Assembly: GCA_034439575.1 (NCBI GenBank)
Contig: JAWXAQ010000008.1
Location: 64,001 to 128,000 of the forward strand
Length of the DNA: 64,000 nucleotides
From: Leptospira sp.
GTDB taxonomy: Bacteria > Spirochaetota > Leptospiria > Leptospirales > Leptospiraceae
Direction: 5' to 3'
Part shown: in pieces, positions 29,747 through 41,061 of the stretch
Layout: the number at the start of each line of letters is the position of its first letter
Numbering within the stretch: position 1 is the first letter of the stretch
Translations under genes and position numbers: made by a program
The notes under the pieces: generated by a model
Database searches by the model: none
What the model was told of the DNA's origin: nothing
Seen by the model: the letters and a program-made list of their open reading frames with translations, nothing else

Positions 29747-31566
29747 GATATTTAGGTAAAAGAGAAGCATTACCAATCATCATTAAGGGATTGAAACGCT
29801 TAGAATATCGAGGTTATGATAGTGCCGGCGTAGCAATGTTAAACGGCAATCTAGAAATTGTAAAAAAGAAAGGCAAAGTATCTGATCTTGAAATTGAGAT
29901 CGGGCAAAGACAATTAAGTGCAAGTGTTGGGATCGGACATACTCGTTGGGCCACTCACGGGGAACCGAATGACAAAAATGCACACCCTCATGCAAGTTCT
30001 GATGGAAAACTCGCCATCATACACAATGGTATCATAGAAAATTATTCTTCAATCAAAAAAGAATTAGAATTATCAGGTCACAAATTTCTTTCCGACACAG
30101 ATACCGAAGTATTAATCCACTTAATCGAAGAAATCAAAACGCAAAACAAATGTTCGATCGAAGAAGCAGTTCGATTAGCATTAAATGAAGTTGTCGGTGC
30201 CTATGCCATCGTCGTTTTATCCCAAGAAGACGAACGTACATTAATTGCCGCACGCAAAGGTTCTCCGCTTGTTATTGGTATCGGAAAAGATGAATACTTT
30301 ATAGCATCTGATGCGACACCTATCATCGAATATACGAGTGAAGTAACTTACTTAAATGATAGAGAAATGGCAATCATTAAAGACGGAAGTTTGATAGTAA
30401 AAAGTTTAGAAAATATTGTTAAAACCCCTTTCATACAAAAATTAGAATTGGATTTAGAAGATATAGAAAAAGGTGGATATCCACATTTTATGCTCAAAGA
30501 AATCTTTGAGCAACCACGTTCCATTCGTGATGCCATGAGAGGACGTCTGGTTTCCGCAGAACAATATCTTGTATTAAGTGGTATTGATCAATATTTGAAT
30601 CGATTTGTGAACGCAGAACGGATGTTACTTATTGGTTGTGGCACTTCTTGGCATGCGGGTCTGATCGGAGAATATCTTTTTGAAGACCTGGCTCGTATTC
30701 CAACGGAAGTAGAATACGCATCTGAATTTCGTTATAGAAATCCGGTGATCCGTGATAAGGACATTGTGATCGCCGTATCTCAGTCAGGTGAAACAGCCGA
30801 TACATTAGCGGCCATAGAACTTGCAAAATCAAAAGGTGCTTTAATTTTTGGAGTTTGTAACGTCGTCGGATCTTCAATTGCCAGAGCTGCAGACGCGGGT
30901 GCTTATTTGCATGCTGGTCCAGAAATTGGAGTGGCTTCTACGAAAGCATTTACATCTCAAGTGACTATCCTTGCTATGATGGCAATGTATCTTGGTCTTA
31001 AAAAAGGTACAATTTCTAAATCAAAATACCAAGAGTTATTATTTGGTTTAGATACGATTCCCGATAAAGTAGCATCCATTTTGGGTCACGCTGACCAAAT
31101 CTTGGAGATTTCAAAATCTTTTTACAAGGCAACTAACTTCCTTTATTTGGGTCGAGGGTATAACTTTCCTGTAGCCTTGGAAGGTGCGCTTAAATTAAAA
31201 GAAATTTCGTATATTCATGCCGAAGGTTATCCTGCCGCAGAGATGAAACATGGTCCTATTGCCCTTATTGATGAAGATATGCCTGTGGTATTTATTGCCA
31301 CAAAGGACAATTCGTACGAAAAAGTAATTTCAAATATTCAAGAAGTAAAAGCAAGAAAAGGAAAAGTGATTGCGATCGTGACAGAGGGTGATAAAGAAAT
31401 TAAAGAAATGGCAGATTTTACGTTTGAGATTCCGAGTATTGCTGATCCATTGGTTCCTCTATTAGCGGTCGTCCCATTGCAGTTGTTATCTTATCATATT
31501 GCGATTCTTAGGGGATGTAATGTGGATCAACCTCGTAATTTAGCTAAGTCAGTCACGGTAGAATAA
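29731..31566 (+). CDS. glmS: Glutamine--fructose-6-phosphate aminotransferase
   Basis: MCGIVG, LEYRGYDSAG, GHTRWATHG, SQSGETADT, PRNLAKSVTVE. Confidence 0.98.
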   Translation: MCGIVGYLGKREALPIIIKGLKRLEYRGYDSAGVAMLNGNLEIVKKKGKVSDLEIEIGQRQLSASVGIGHTRWATHGEPNDKNAHPHASSDGKLAIIHNGIIENYSSIKKELELSGHKFLSDTDTEVLIHLIEEIKTQNKCSIEEAVRLALNEVVGAYAIVVLSQEDERTLIAARKGSPLVIGIGKDEYFIASDATPIIEYTSEVTYLNDREMAIIKDGSLIVKSLENIVKTPFIQKLELDLEDIEKGGYPHFMLKEIFEQPRSIRDAMRGRLVSAEQYLVLSGIDQYLNRFVNAERMLLIGCGTSWHAGLIGEYLFEDLARIPTEVEYASEFRYRNPVIRDKDIVIAVSQSGETADTLAAIELAKSKGALIFGVCNVVGSSIARAADAGAYLHAGPEIGVASTKAFTSQVTILAMMAMYLGLKKGTISKSKYQELLFGLDTIPDKVASILGHADQILEISKSFYKATNFLYLGRGYNFPVALEGALKLKEISYIHAEGYPAAEMKHGPIALIDEDMPVVFIATKDNSYEKVISNIQEVKARKGKVIAIVTEGDKEIKEMADFTFEIPSIADPLVPLLAVVPLQLLSYHIAILRGCNVDQPRNLAKSVTVE

Positions 31567-31568
31567 AT

Positions 31569-32621
31569 TTGTCTTCTCTGAAATCAATTTTAATTGATGA
31601 AAGAAATCGACCCCTTGTTTTAGATCCGATTTCTAGATTTCATTCTTTTATGGAGTGGAATCTCGGCGGTCTGAATTTAATTCAAAAATTAAAATTAAAA
31701 AATCGAAATCACCGCCTATACTATGCTTGTCGAGATAATGATTTCCAAAATTTGATATTAAATCGTTATCCTGATATTTTACCCTTTGAAAACAAACCGG
31801 TTGATGAAGTTTTGACACCTGACAACTATTTGCCTTGGGATTTACAAAGAAGTGTGACATCAATCATTGAAGACGCCTTAGTCTTAAATCGAGAATGGAA
31901 AAATTATAGAAAAAAATATTCAGTGAAATCTGCGGGATTTCATGTAATTGGAAAAGATAAACATCTTTATATTCATCCCTCAGCTAAAGTTTATCCAGGT
32001 GTGGTGTTCGACACTTCTTCTGGGCCTATACTCATTGATGAGAATGCAAAAATTTCCTCATTCAGTTTTTTGGAAGGTCCACTTTATATTGGTAAAGATT
32101 CACAAATTGACAATGCCAGGATTACTGGTGGGTCTCTTGTCGGGAAAAATTGTAGGATAGGTGGCGAGGTAGAAAATACAATCATTCTGGATTATTCCAA
32201 CAAACATCATGAAGGTTTTTTGGGACATTCCTTCGTTTCAAATTGGGTAAACCTTGGCGCACTATCTACGACTTCAGATTTAAAAAATAATTATGGGATT
32301 ATTAAATTAAAAATTGGAACTACGGAAGCGAACACTGGGACTATTAAATTTGGATCCATCATCGGACCATTTTCTAAAATTGCTATTGGTGTTATGCTAA
32401 ATACGGGCTGTGTTTTAGATATTGGATCAAATATTGTAGAAGATAGAATTTCAGGTTACAGTCACCCATTTACTTGGATAGCAAAAGGTTCTTTTTATCG
32501 CTTGGATTCATTTTTAACTGACACAAAAAAAATAATGGCAAGACGTGAAATAAATTTAACTGAACCAGAAGAAAATTATCTTAATTTATTATATTCTAAA
32601 TTAGTGGAATCGGCTAAGTGA
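31569..32621 (+). CDS. GlmU-like left-handed beta-helix protein
   Basis: Hexapeptide repeats; SNKHHEGFLGHS..WVNLGA..TSDLKNNY; follows glmM-glmS. Confidence 0.75.
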   Translation: MSSLKSILIDERNRPLVLDPISRFHSFMEWNLGGLNLIQKLKLKNRNHRLYYACRDNDFQNLILNRYPDILPFENKPVDEVLTPDNYLPWDLQRSVTSIIEDALVLNREWKNYRKKYSVKSAGFHVIGKDKHLYIHPSAKVYPGVVFDTSSGPILIDENAKISSFSFLEGPLYIGKDSQIDNARITGGSLVGKNCRIGGEVENTIILDYSNKHHEGFLGHSFVSNWVNLGALSTTSDLKNNYGIIKLKIGTTEANTGTIKFGSIIGPFSKIAIGVMLNTGCVLDIGSNIVEDRISGYSHPFTWIAKGSFYRLDSFLTDTKKIMARREINLTEPEENYLNLLYSKLVESAK

Positions 32622-33529
32622 GCCCATTATTGCAGGAGCATTTAAATTTAGGAAAATTCATCGATATAGATGGAGTGAAATATTTTTATCGAGATCAAGG
32701 TTCAAAAGATGAGATAGTGGTTCTCTTACATGGTTTTTTGGTTACTTCGTATCATTATCGTAAACTGATTTCCCTTTTAGAAAAAAAATATAGAGTTGTC
32801 GCTCCAGATTTTCTTGGTATTGGATTGAGTGAGAGACCCCTAACACCTCTTTCGCACAGAATGCAAGCATACTACTTATATAAGTTTTTGGAAAAAGTGA
32901 CACAAGAAAAAAAGGTTCATATCGTAGCGCATGATTATGCATTGCCTATCCTTGGTTTCTTATTAAAAGAACACCCAGAACATATCAAATCATTAACGAT
33001 TACAAATGGATTTTTAAATTTACCAAAATTTAAATTCTATTTACCTTTAAATCTTTTGAAAATACCTTTGTTCGGTGATATTTTGTCTTTTATGTTTCGA
33101 CCGCCACTTCTCAAACTTTTTTACCAATTATTTTTAACAAAAAAAGGATTTAAGTTTGATACCAATTGGGAAAAAGATACCTTCCAACTTTTGTTTGCTG
33201 GTAAAAATCGTAAAAACACTCTAGAATTTATTAGAAATGTAGATAGGTCAAGTCATACCGTCCGCGATTTAGAAGATGGTATCAAATCCCTTGTCGGTCA
33301 AAGGCAAATCATTGTTGGGGATTCTGATTTTCGGATTTCCCCTTACCAAACAGAATTTATAAAAGCAACTCTAAGAACGAGTGCCCATTCATCTGTGCCT
33401 TCCAACCATTTACCTATGGAAGAATGTCCAGAAGAACTTGCAGGAAAGATAGAGTATTTGGTTGATTCATATTCGCGTAACAAAGCGAAGGTATTTAATT
33501 TTAAGAGAAAAAGCGGCGAAGAAGAGTAA
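32618..33529 (+). CDS. Alpha/beta hydrolase with Asp nucleophile (epoxide hydrolase/dehalogenase-like)
   Basis: [28 protein letters not shown]. Confidence 0.85.
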   Translation: MSPLLQEHLNLGKFIDIDGVKYFYRDQGSKDEIVVLLHGFLVTSYHYRKLISLLEKKYRVVAPDFLGIGLSERPLTPLSHRMQAYYLYKFLEKVTQEKKVHIVAHDYALPILGFLLKEHPEHIKSLTITNGFLNLPKFKFYLPLNLLKIPLFGDILSFMFRPPLLKLFYQLFLTKKGFKFDTNWEKDTFQLLFAGKNRKNTLEFIRNVDRSSHTVRDLEDGIKSLVGQRQIIVGDSDFRISPYQTEFIKATLRTSAHSSVPSNHLPMEECPEELAGKIEYLVDSYSRNKAKVFNFKRKSGEEE

Positions 33530-33530
33530 T

Positions 33531-35132
33531 ATGGAAACAATTCTTTCTAATATCAAAAATAAATCTAAGGATTTTTTAGAAAATCGATCCGCATTTTTAG
33601 AAATTGCAGTACCTATCAGAAATCTAATCAATCAAGTAAAGTTAGGTGGTGGTGAAAAGGCCATGGAACGCCACAAGTCAAGGGGCAAATTGACGGCTCG
33701 TGAAAGAATTTCTAATTTGATAGATGATGGAACTGAGTTCTTAGAAATTGCTTGTTTGGCGGCAGAAGGTGTTTATCCTGATCTTGTGCCATCAGCAGGT
33801 ATCGTTACAGGTATCGGTCGCGTTGAAGGCATAGAATGTATGATAGTGGCAAATGATGCCACGGTTAAGGGTGGTACATATTACCCCCTAACAGTTAAAA
33901 AACACATTCGCGCACAAGAAATTGCAGAAAGAAATTATCTTCCCTGTATCTATTTAGTAGATTCTGGTGGTGCATTTTTGCCCATGCAAGATGAAGTTTT
34001 TCCTGACAAGGATCATTTTGGTCGAATATTTTTTAACCAAGCAAATATGAGTGCAAAGGGCATCTCTCAGATAGCGGTTGTTATGGGCTCCTGCACAGCG
34101 GGCGGTGCTTATATTCCTGCTATGTCTGATGAGTCAGTGATTGTAAAGGGGAATGGAACCATCTTTCTCGGTGGCCCACCTCTTGTGAAGGCGGCGACAG
34201 GAGAAATCGTCACACCAGAAGAGTTAGGTGGTGCAGATGTGCATTGCAGAGTTTCTGGAGTCACTGATCATTATGCAGAAGATGATTTTCATGCCATTGA
34301 GATCACTCGTTCTATCGTCCGGAATTTAAACGCAAAGAAAAAAGTTTTTCCGAGACAAACAAAAGATCCACTTTACCCAGGAGTTGAAATTTACGGTGTC
34401 ATACAAAAAGATTCCCGTAAAACTTACGATGTAAAAGAAATCATCGCAAGACTCGTAGATGGTTCCTTTTTTCATGAATTCAAAAAATTATATGGTACAA
34501 CATTAATATGCGGATTTGCTGAAATACATGGTTATCCAGTGGGAATCATTGCAAATAACGGTGTACTTTTTTCGGAAAGTGCATTGAAAGCGGCTCACTT
34601 CATTGAACTTTGTGACCAAAGACGAATTCCTTTATTATTTCTTCAAAATATTACAGGCTTTATGGTTGGGAAAAAATTTGAAACTTCTGGCATTGCTCGT
34701 GATGGAGCAAAAATGGTGAACGCTGTTTCGACAACGAGTGTTCCTAAGCTAACCGTGGTTACCGGTGGTTCTTATGGTGCTGGAAATTACGGAATGTGTG
34801 GACGGGCTTTTGCTCCTGATTTTCTATGGATGTGGCCTAATGCTCGCATCTCAGTTATGGGTGGTGAGCAGGCGGCCAATGTTCTATGGACTGTAAAATT
34901 GGACCAAGCCGAAAAGGAAGGAAAGTCACTTTCTGCGGCTGATGAGATTGCTTTTAAGAAACCAATTTTAGAAGATTATGAAAAAAAGTCTTCCTCTGTT
35001 TATAGTTCTGCCCGTCTATGGGATGACGGTATTATTGACCCAAGCGAAACACGAGATATCTTAGGACGCGCACTTTCCATCGTGTCTGCCAGAGAAATTG
35101 AAAGAAAACCTTTCGGGGTTTTCCGAATGTGA
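33531..35132 (+). CDS. 3-methylcrotonyl-CoA carboxylase beta subunit-like carboxyltransferase
   Basis: [49 protein letters not shown]; start moved to ATG 33531. Confidence 0.92.
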   Translation: METILSNIKNKSKDFLENRSAFLEIAVPIRNLINQVKLGGGEKAMERHKSRGKLTARERISNLIDDGTEFLEIACLAAEGVYPDLVPSAGIVTGIGRVEGIECMIVANDATVKGGTYYPLTVKKHIRAQEIAERNYLPCIYLVDSGGAFLPMQDEVFPDKDHFGRIFFNQANMSAKGISQIAVVMGSCTAGGAYIPAMSDESVIVKGNGTIFLGGPPLVKAATGEIVTPEELGGADVHCRVSGVTDHYAEDDFHAIEITRSIVRNLNAKKKVFPRQTKDPLYPGVEIYGVIQKDSRKTYDVKEIIARLVDGSFFHEFKKLYGTTLICGFAEIHGYPVGIIANNGVLFSESALKAAHFIELCDQRRIPLLFLQNITGFMVGKKFETSGIARDGAKMVNAVSTTSVPKLTVVTGGSYGAGNYGMCGRAFAPDFLWMWPNARISVMGGEQAANVLWTVKLDQAEKEGKSLSAADEIAFKKPILEDYEKKSSSVYSSARLWDDGIIDPSETRDILGRALSIVSAREIERKPFGVFRM

Positions 35133-35177
35133 TATTTTTTTCTTTTCTATTTCAATCCAGAGAGAAAGATCAAAGCT

Positions 35178-35555
35178 ATGTTGATACACGAAAAAATCTT
35201 AGATACCATTCCAGTAGTTTCCATTGAAGGGGAAGTTGACCTTTACAATGCGAAGGAACTAAAGGACATTCTAGATCAAAAAATCAAAAACCAACAATAT
35301 GAAATCGTTATCAATTTAGAAAAGGTCCCCTTTATGGATTCGTCTGGAATCGGAACACTTGTTACCGCGATGTACAAATTAAAAAAATATCATGGAAACT
35401 TGAAAGTGTGCAATGTGCACGGTTCTGTCGCGAAAGTATTTAAACTTACTGGAATGGAAAGTCACCTACAAGTTCATGAAAATGAAAAAGTAGCCATAGA
35501 GAGTTTGATTGCTGAAAGAGGTGAAAACCCTCCTGCTCCTCCAACACCAAACTGA
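35178..35555 (+). CDS. STAS-domain anti-sigma factor antagonist
   Basis: GEVDLYNA..VPFMDSSGIG. Confidence 0.9.
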   Translation: MLIHEKILDTIPVVSIEGEVDLYNAKELKDILDQKIKNQQYEIVINLEKVPFMDSSGIGTLVTAMYKLKKYHGNLKVCNVHGSVAKVFKLTGMESHLQVHENEKVAIESLIAERGENPPAPPTPN

Positions 35556-35945
35556 TTTTGAACTACTTTTTAATATTCTAATTTTCTTAAGTATAGAAAT
35601 TAAATTTCTTTTTGTATTGATTCATAAATTCCGAAATTAAATTAAAATTTTTAATAGTGATATCAATATCATCATTACCATAGTTAATCCTTTCTTAAAA
35701 GAATCTTTTTTATATTTTCTTCAGATAAAGTAATCAATCGATAATTGGCAAAGTCTTACTTATGCCTTTTCGTAACATGCAAGATGTAAACGTCAGCAAA
35801 ACTCATAGTATTTATCCTAAGTAATGAAGAGGTGACTGATTTCAAAATGATAGTTTCATTTTAATTAAAAATCAAAAAGTTTTTATTTATATAAAAATGT
35901 CGAATCTTGAATGGGAAAGTCGCCTAAATTTCGTCTTGAATAATA

Positions 35946-36824
35946 ATGGAACCATTAGATATCAATTGTTGGAAAAAGATGAGTCCCGAGGCGGCCAAAA
36001 GAACGCTTCTTATGGTTTCGCAAAGCGAAGTATCTAGAGAATTCTTTGAGATATTATATTTTACTCCCGAACTCAGAGATTACTTTGTAGGATACCTCTG
36101 GATTCTCTGGGAAGATTCCCAGGCGGACTCTATCTTCAAAAATCCACATTTGCCTATTGAAATTGTTGAACATTATATCTATTTAGCCTTGGGTAGATAT
36201 CTCATTGATGGCAAAGAGGAATATGGAAGTTACATATCAAAAGTTACGAAACTTTTTCCATCAGAGATGAGTTTACAACTTCTTTCTTCAGAAATAGTAA
36301 GCAAAGATAAAACTTTAAAAATCAATCTTCTTGCAAACTTGGACGCGAAGGCCTGGGATTCATTTTTTGCCAAAATAGAAGACTCACCAAATGGTTTCGC
36401 CGATCTTGCACTCTTATTTGACCATCTTGAAATTGAAGAGCTTCGACGTCTTTTTTTTCGAAACCAAAATCTTTATGCATCCATTCGAATGATTTTTGTC
36501 TTTCTTAAAGAATCAAATCTGATTAAACCCGAATTAATAGCACTCATCGAGACATTGCTTTTTCAAATTGGACGATGGGAAGATTTTGTAAAAGAAATGA
36601 AAAATATTTTTGAATTAGAAGAGGAAAAAAGAAGTAATCCGAAAGATAGAAATTCGAATCGATTATCAATCATATTACATGAACTGATGCAAATTGCAGC
36701 CGATGAACGAATGTTAATTTTAGATTTTTTCCTATTGAATGAATTACTCTTTGATGATAACGAAAGACAAACGATAGATTATATTTTGAGTGTCTACTCA
36801 AAGGAAGAAGTCGCTGCAATCTAG
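35946..36824 (+). CDS. Hypothetical all-helical protein
   Basis: 292 aa ORF, no motif recognised. Confidence 0.7.
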   Translation: MEPLDINCWKKMSPEAAKRTLLMVSQSEVSREFFEILYFTPELRDYFVGYLWILWEDSQADSIFKNPHLPIEIVEHYIYLALGRYLIDGKEEYGSYISKVTKLFPSEMSLQLLSSEIVSKDKTLKINLLANLDAKAWDSFFAKIEDSPNGFADLALLFDHLEIEELRRLFFRNQNLYASIRMIFVFLKESNLIKPELIALIETLLFQIGRWEDFVKEMKNIFELEEEKRSNPKDRNSNRLSIILHELMQIAADERMLILDFFLLNELLFDDNERQTIDYILSVYSKEEVAAI

Positions 36825-36948
36825 GATTGAAACTAACAAAATCACTGTGCACACAGTAATTCGAATGCAATTTGTATAGATATCTTTAACTTCATTCCTT
36901 GATTTCATTTCGAGTGAAAATTAAAAACCAAACTATGTACGAAAATTA

Positions 36949-37512
36949 TTACTCTCTATAGTGGGGAAGGTATAGATTAGATGCCACTTGGTTTTTAATG
37001 TCTATTCCCTGTAACTTTTCAAGTAAAAACAAAGAAAATTCAAAAGCTGAACCAGGGCCAATGCTCGTATGGATATGGTTATGTGAAACAATTCTTTCGG
37101 ATTTATAAACTCCACCAGTAGTCATATGAATGCTTGTCGGAAAGGCAGTAAAAGGATCATTTCCCGATATAATTTTCCAAAACCTGAGTGCATTCGGGGC
37201 GGCACATATAGCACCAAGTAAAGCTTTTCTTTCATTTTGTTTTTGAACCATCTGTTCAAGGAGTTTTGAGCTTTGTAAATTTTTGGTTCCCTCTAAACCA
37301 CCTGGCAAAACGATTAAATCAAAAAAAAGTTCAGATACTTCTTCTAAGCTTTTGTCGGCAAGATGAATCGTTTTTCTTGCGGCAACGATGGGTCCCGATG
37401 AAATGGACGCAGTCACCACTTCGACACCTCCGCGCCTGAGAACATCGGCAAGGATGATACCCTCCATTTCTTCAAAGCCTGGAGCGAGTGGGATTAATGC
37501 GGTTTTTGGCAT
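36949..37512 (-). CDS. DJ-1/PfpI family protein (YajL-like)
   Basis: GFEEME, LPGG, AICAAP (catalytic Cys), GPG. Confidence 0.9.
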   Translation of the reverse strand: MPKTALIPLAPGFEEMEGIILADVLRRGGVEVVTASISSGPIVAARKTIHLADKSLEEVSELFFDLIVLPGGLEGTKNLQSSKLLEQMVQKQNERKALLGAICAAPNALRFWKIISGNDPFTAFPTSIHMTTGGVYKSERIVSHNHIHTSIGPGSAFEFSLFLLEKLQGIDIKNQVASNLYLPHYRE

Positions 37513-37642
37513 ACATTGTACACTAACAGTGTGGACAATGTGTTCAAGCCTAAATTATTTTTGTCATCTTCCGAATGAGTTAAAAACAAATTTGGTGGAA
37601 AAAAAGTCTAATACAACAGAGGAGAATATTGTTTTGCGATCT

Positions 37643-38818
37643 ATGAACCAAACAAAATCAAATCAATTTAAATTTATAGCAATTGCTTCTACTTTTTTAC
37701 TTTTGGGAACTTTTTTGTCCCCAATACTTACTTGTGGAGACTCTCATTCCAACAATCCATTGCAATTGAATGCCGATGCTACCGATAAATTGTCGCCTGC
37801 GCAAACGCAGGCGATCGCTATGGAAGATGCATTCCAAGAAGTATTTGAAAAAGTAGCACCGAGTGTTGTTTCTATTGCCACAGAAAGACGTGTCAATCGA
37901 AGACAAGGAGCTCCCTTAACAGGCGACCCATTCTTTGATCACTTATTCGGCAGACAAGGCTTAGGTGGTGGTAAAGTCATACAAGAAATTCAAAATGGAT
38001 TAGGTTCTGGTATCATTCTAAATGATGAAGGGTACATTTTAACCAATCATCACGTTATAGACGGGATGGATAAACTAACAGTAAAACTACGAAATAAAAA
38101 TAAGTTTAACGCAAAATTAATCGGTTCTGATTCTACAATGGACGTTGCATTACTTAAAATTGATGCACCAAAATCAGAACTTACACCCATTCGTATCGGT
38201 AACTCGGATAAGGTGAAAGTAGGAAATTGGGCGATTGCCATTGGAGCACCCCTTGGATTAGAATATTCTTTTACTGTCGGGGTTGTATCTGCGGTGCAAA
38301 GAGGTGGCATTGATGAATCTGGTTTATCTTATATTCAGACAGACACGGCGATCAACCAAGGAAACAGTGGTGGACCACTTTTAAATATTCGCGGTGAAGT
38401 TATAGGTATCAATCGAATGATTCTTTCTCAATCAGGTGGCTCCGAAGGAATTGGCCTCACGATTCCGATTAACGAAGCTAAACGAATTGCCGAACAACTT
38501 AAAGTCGATGGTAAAGTCACGCGGCCTTGGATCGGAGTCAGCTTAGCACCAATTACGAAAGAAGCAGCTGAACAACTTGGCCTTAAGTCAACGGAAGGTG
38601 CCATCGTGATGGAACGAGTTGTCAATTCTCCTGCGCAGAAAGCAGGTCTTAGATCCTATGATGTGATCACCGAAATTGATGGGAAAGAAGTGAAAACTCC
38701 AAGTGATGTGCAAGTGGCCATAGCAGGATCCAAAATTGGCAAACGAATTGAGATAAAAATCATTCGAAATAAAAATGAAATCTTGACTGCGATCACTCCG
38801 GAGCAGAAACCAAATTGA
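37643..38818 (+). CDS. HtrA/DegP-family serine protease with one PDZ domain
   Basis: [20 protein letters not shown] triad; C-terminal PDZ; start ATG 37643 (or TTG 37634). Confidence 0.92.
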   Translation: MNQTKSNQFKFIAIASTFLLLGTFLSPILTCGDSHSNNPLQLNADATDKLSPAQTQAIAMEDAFQEVFEKVAPSVVSIATERRVNRRQGAPLTGDPFFDHLFGRQGLGGGKVIQEIQNGLGSGIILNDEGYILTNHHVIDGMDKLTVKLRNKNKFNAKLIGSDSTMDVALLKIDAPKSELTPIRIGNSDKVKVGNWAIAIGAPLGLEYSFTVGVVSAVQRGGIDESGLSYIQTDTAINQGNSGGPLLNIRGEVIGINRMILSQSGGSEGIGLTIPINEAKRIAEQLKVDGKVTRPWIGVSLAPITKEAAEQLGLKSTEGAIVMERVVNSPAQKAGLRSYDVITEIDGKEVKTPSDVQVAIAGSKIGKRIEIKIIRNKNEILTAITPEQKPN

Positions 38819-38819
38819 A

Positions 38820-39845
38820 GTGAGTTTACGCGAGGAAATAGAATCAATTGGTGAGGATGAACCGAGCCTTCGTCCCACCAAACTTACGGAATTTATAGGA
38901 CAGAAAGAAGTTTTAGCAAACCTTTCTGTCTATATCGAATCAGCGAAAAAAAGAAAATCTCCCCTCGACCATGTTTTGATTTCGGGTCCACCAGGGCTCG
39001 GGAAGACCACTCTTGCCAATATCATCGCCAATGAACTGAATGTGCCCTTCACACCGACTTCAGCACCCGCTATTTCGAAAGGTGCAGATTTGGTGCGTTT
39101 TCTTACGCTTTTAAAAACCAACGAAGTTTTCTTTGTGGATGAAATTCATGGTTTTATCAAAAAACAAGAAGAGTTACTCTATCCTGCTATGGAAAACTTT
39201 TTTGTGGATTTGGTTGTGGGAGAAGGAGTCACTGCCAATGCCCTACAAATTCAATTGCAACCATTTACTCTTGTAGGAGCCACGACTAGATCTGGTTTGG
39301 TGAGTGATCCACTTAAAACAAGATTTGGGATTCATTTAAAGCTAGATTTTTATTCGGATGAAGAAATGTCTATTATCGTTGATCGTTCAGCTGAGATACT
39401 TTCCGTCAAACTTGATAAAGGTGTTGCTTTTGAGATTGGTAAACGTAGTAGAAAAACACCTCGTATCGCCAATCATTTGTTAAAAAGAGTGCGAGATTTT
39501 GGTGAAGTCAAAAATGAAAAGAGCATAACAAAGGATACTTGTATTTATGCTTTTGATAGGATGGGTGTTGATCATCTGGGGCTCGACTCCGTAGATAGAC
39601 AGATTTTAAATATTCTGATCAATCGGTACAATGGCGGACCCGTAGGCATAAAACCCATAGCTGTTGTATTAGGTGAAGAGGAGAGAACCATCGAAGACAC
39701 CTATGAACCATTTTTGGTACGAGTAGGTCTTATAGATAGAACTCCTGCTGGTCGAGTTGCCACAAAATCAGCATATGAACATTTAGGATTAAATTATGTA
39801 AACAATTTGAAATCGGGAGATAAAGATGCGCCAACTTTATTTTGA
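38820..39845 (+). CDS. ruvB: Holliday junction branch migration helicase RuvB
   Basis: [41 protein letters not shown]. Confidence 0.96.
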   Translation: MSLREEIESIGEDEPSLRPTKLTEFIGQKEVLANLSVYIESAKKRKSPLDHVLISGPPGLGKTTLANIIANELNVPFTPTSAPAISKGADLVRFLTLLKTNEVFFVDEIHGFIKKQEELLYPAMENFFVDLVVGEGVTANALQIQLQPFTLVGATTRSGLVSDPLKTRFGIHLKLDFYSDEEMSIIVDRSAEILSVKLDKGVAFEIGKRSRKTPRIANHLLKRVRDFGEVKNEKSITKDTCIYAFDRMGVDHLGLDSVDRQILNILINRYNGGPVGIKPIAVVLGEEERTIEDTYEPFLVRVGLIDRTPAGRVATKSAYEHLGLNYVNNLKSGDKDAPTLF

Positions 39846-40737
39846 TTTCAATCTCCCTGAAAATGAAGAGGGCGAAAAACGACTATTTTTTTCAGCAGCC
39901 TTTGTTGTTTTGATTTGTTCTTTGCTTCTTGGTCATTTGGTAACTAGAAATATGTTATGGAAGATGCTCGGTGAAGAATCATCAGAAATGATGCTGCCCG
40001 CGGAAGAAAAAGAAAAGATATATGATGTGTTAGTCGAACAGCAGTTTATCAATCCAGAAAAAAAAGATGAATACAAAGCTTTATCAAATCAGGATTCAGC
40101 TGGTGGTGGCGGAATTACAGAGAAACAAGGTTTTCACACTCTTTCCCCATTTCGTGAATTTATTTTTGGGAGTGCCGCATCGAATCCTTCCACAAGCCAA
40201 CCAAAGACCGAAGAAACAAAAGAAGATGACCTTTTTGAAATAGGTATTTTTAAAGCAGATCCTATCTCCAAACAAACTACCGAGGAATCAACGAATCAAA
40301 GTCAGTCGTCTGGCAAAATGATGAAAATTCCATTTAATTATAGATTCCAACAAGACTTTCTTTTTAGATGGGATGGTGCTAAGGCACTCACAGTTCCCAC
40401 CAAACAATTTGCAGGTTATTATTATTTTAAAAATATGTTACGTCGAATCGAAGAATCATTTGCTCCACCTGGTGGAGGAAATTACGGATACCGAGATATG
40501 GCAGGTACTGTCACAAGGGAAGGGATCAAACCTGGAATGACAAAAGTTCAATTTCTCTTAAGTGAAGGCGGGCAAGTTTTGGATGTAAAATTGATTTCAT
40601 CTCAAGGCCAAACAGTGGTAGATCAATCTTGCGTGGATTCCATTCGGGGACAGAATTTTGGTCCAGTCCCCGAAGAAATTAAAGCAAAAGGTTTAATATT
40701 TGGAATCAACTTTATATTTCCCGATATGTATCGTTAA
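39826..40737 (+). CDS. TonB/TolA C-terminal-domain membrane protein
   Basis: N-terminal TM with a His, linker, C-terminal [20 protein letters not shown]. Confidence 0.65.
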   Translation: MRQLYFDFNLPENEEGEKRLFFSAAFVVLICSLLLGHLVTRNMLWKMLGEESSEMMLPAEEKEKIYDVLVEQQFINPEKKDEYKALSNQDSAGGGGITEKQGFHTLSPFREFIFGSAASNPSTSQPKTEETKEDDLFEIGIFKADPISKQTTEESTNQSQSSGKMMKIPFNYRFQQDFLFRWDGAKALTVPTKQFAGYYYFKNMLRRIEESFAPPGGGNYGYRDMAGTVTREGIKPGMTKVQFLLSEGGQVLDVKLISSQGQTVVDQSCVDSIRGQNFGPVPEEIKAKGLIFGINFIFPDMYR

Positions 40738-40744
40738 ACTAACG

Positions 40745-41056
40745 TTAATCGTTTCTCAAAACACATCCATTTTTTTCATTTAAATAAATGGCCTTGTTTG
40801 TGCGTCCAAGTCCTGTCACACTCACTTCTTTTTTTACAGTATCATTTATAAATTCACCAATTGGCACCCATTGGCGTGCAAAATCATGACACTGTTCTTC
40901 GGAAAGTTTCATCACATAAAAACATGAACAAAACTCTTTGGAGTAAAAACTGGATATAATGGAGGGAAATGCTTCCACGTGTTTCCAATTCCATTGAAAC
41001 CAAACAAGAATTAGGAGAAGGATGCTTAAGGAAATGCCAAGTATCTTTTTTTTCAT
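40745..41056 (-). CDS. Small membrane-anchored Cys-containing protein accompanying the serine hydrolase
   Basis: N-terminal TM; SKEFCSC..C..GC pattern. Confidence 0.7.
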   Translation of the reverse strand: MKKKILGISLSILLLILVWFQWNWKHVEAFPSIISSFYSKEFCSCFYVMKLSEEQCHDFARQWVPIGEFINDTVKKEVSVTGLGRTNKAIYLNEKNGCVLRND

Positions 41057-41061
41057 ATTTA

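Noticed and set aside
33531..35132. Carboxyltransferase without an adjacent biotin carboxylase; pheS without pheT likewise
   Set aside because: Dispersed subunit genes are common; not evidence of anything new
36844..36860. Palindrome ACTGTG-CA-CACAGT between convergent genes
   Set aside because: Too short and lacks a U-tract; not distinguishable from chance
37388..37633. Long N-terminal extension of HtrA in the ORF track
   Set aside because: Overlaps the divergent DJ-1 gene; the RBS and signal peptide fit a start at 37634-37643
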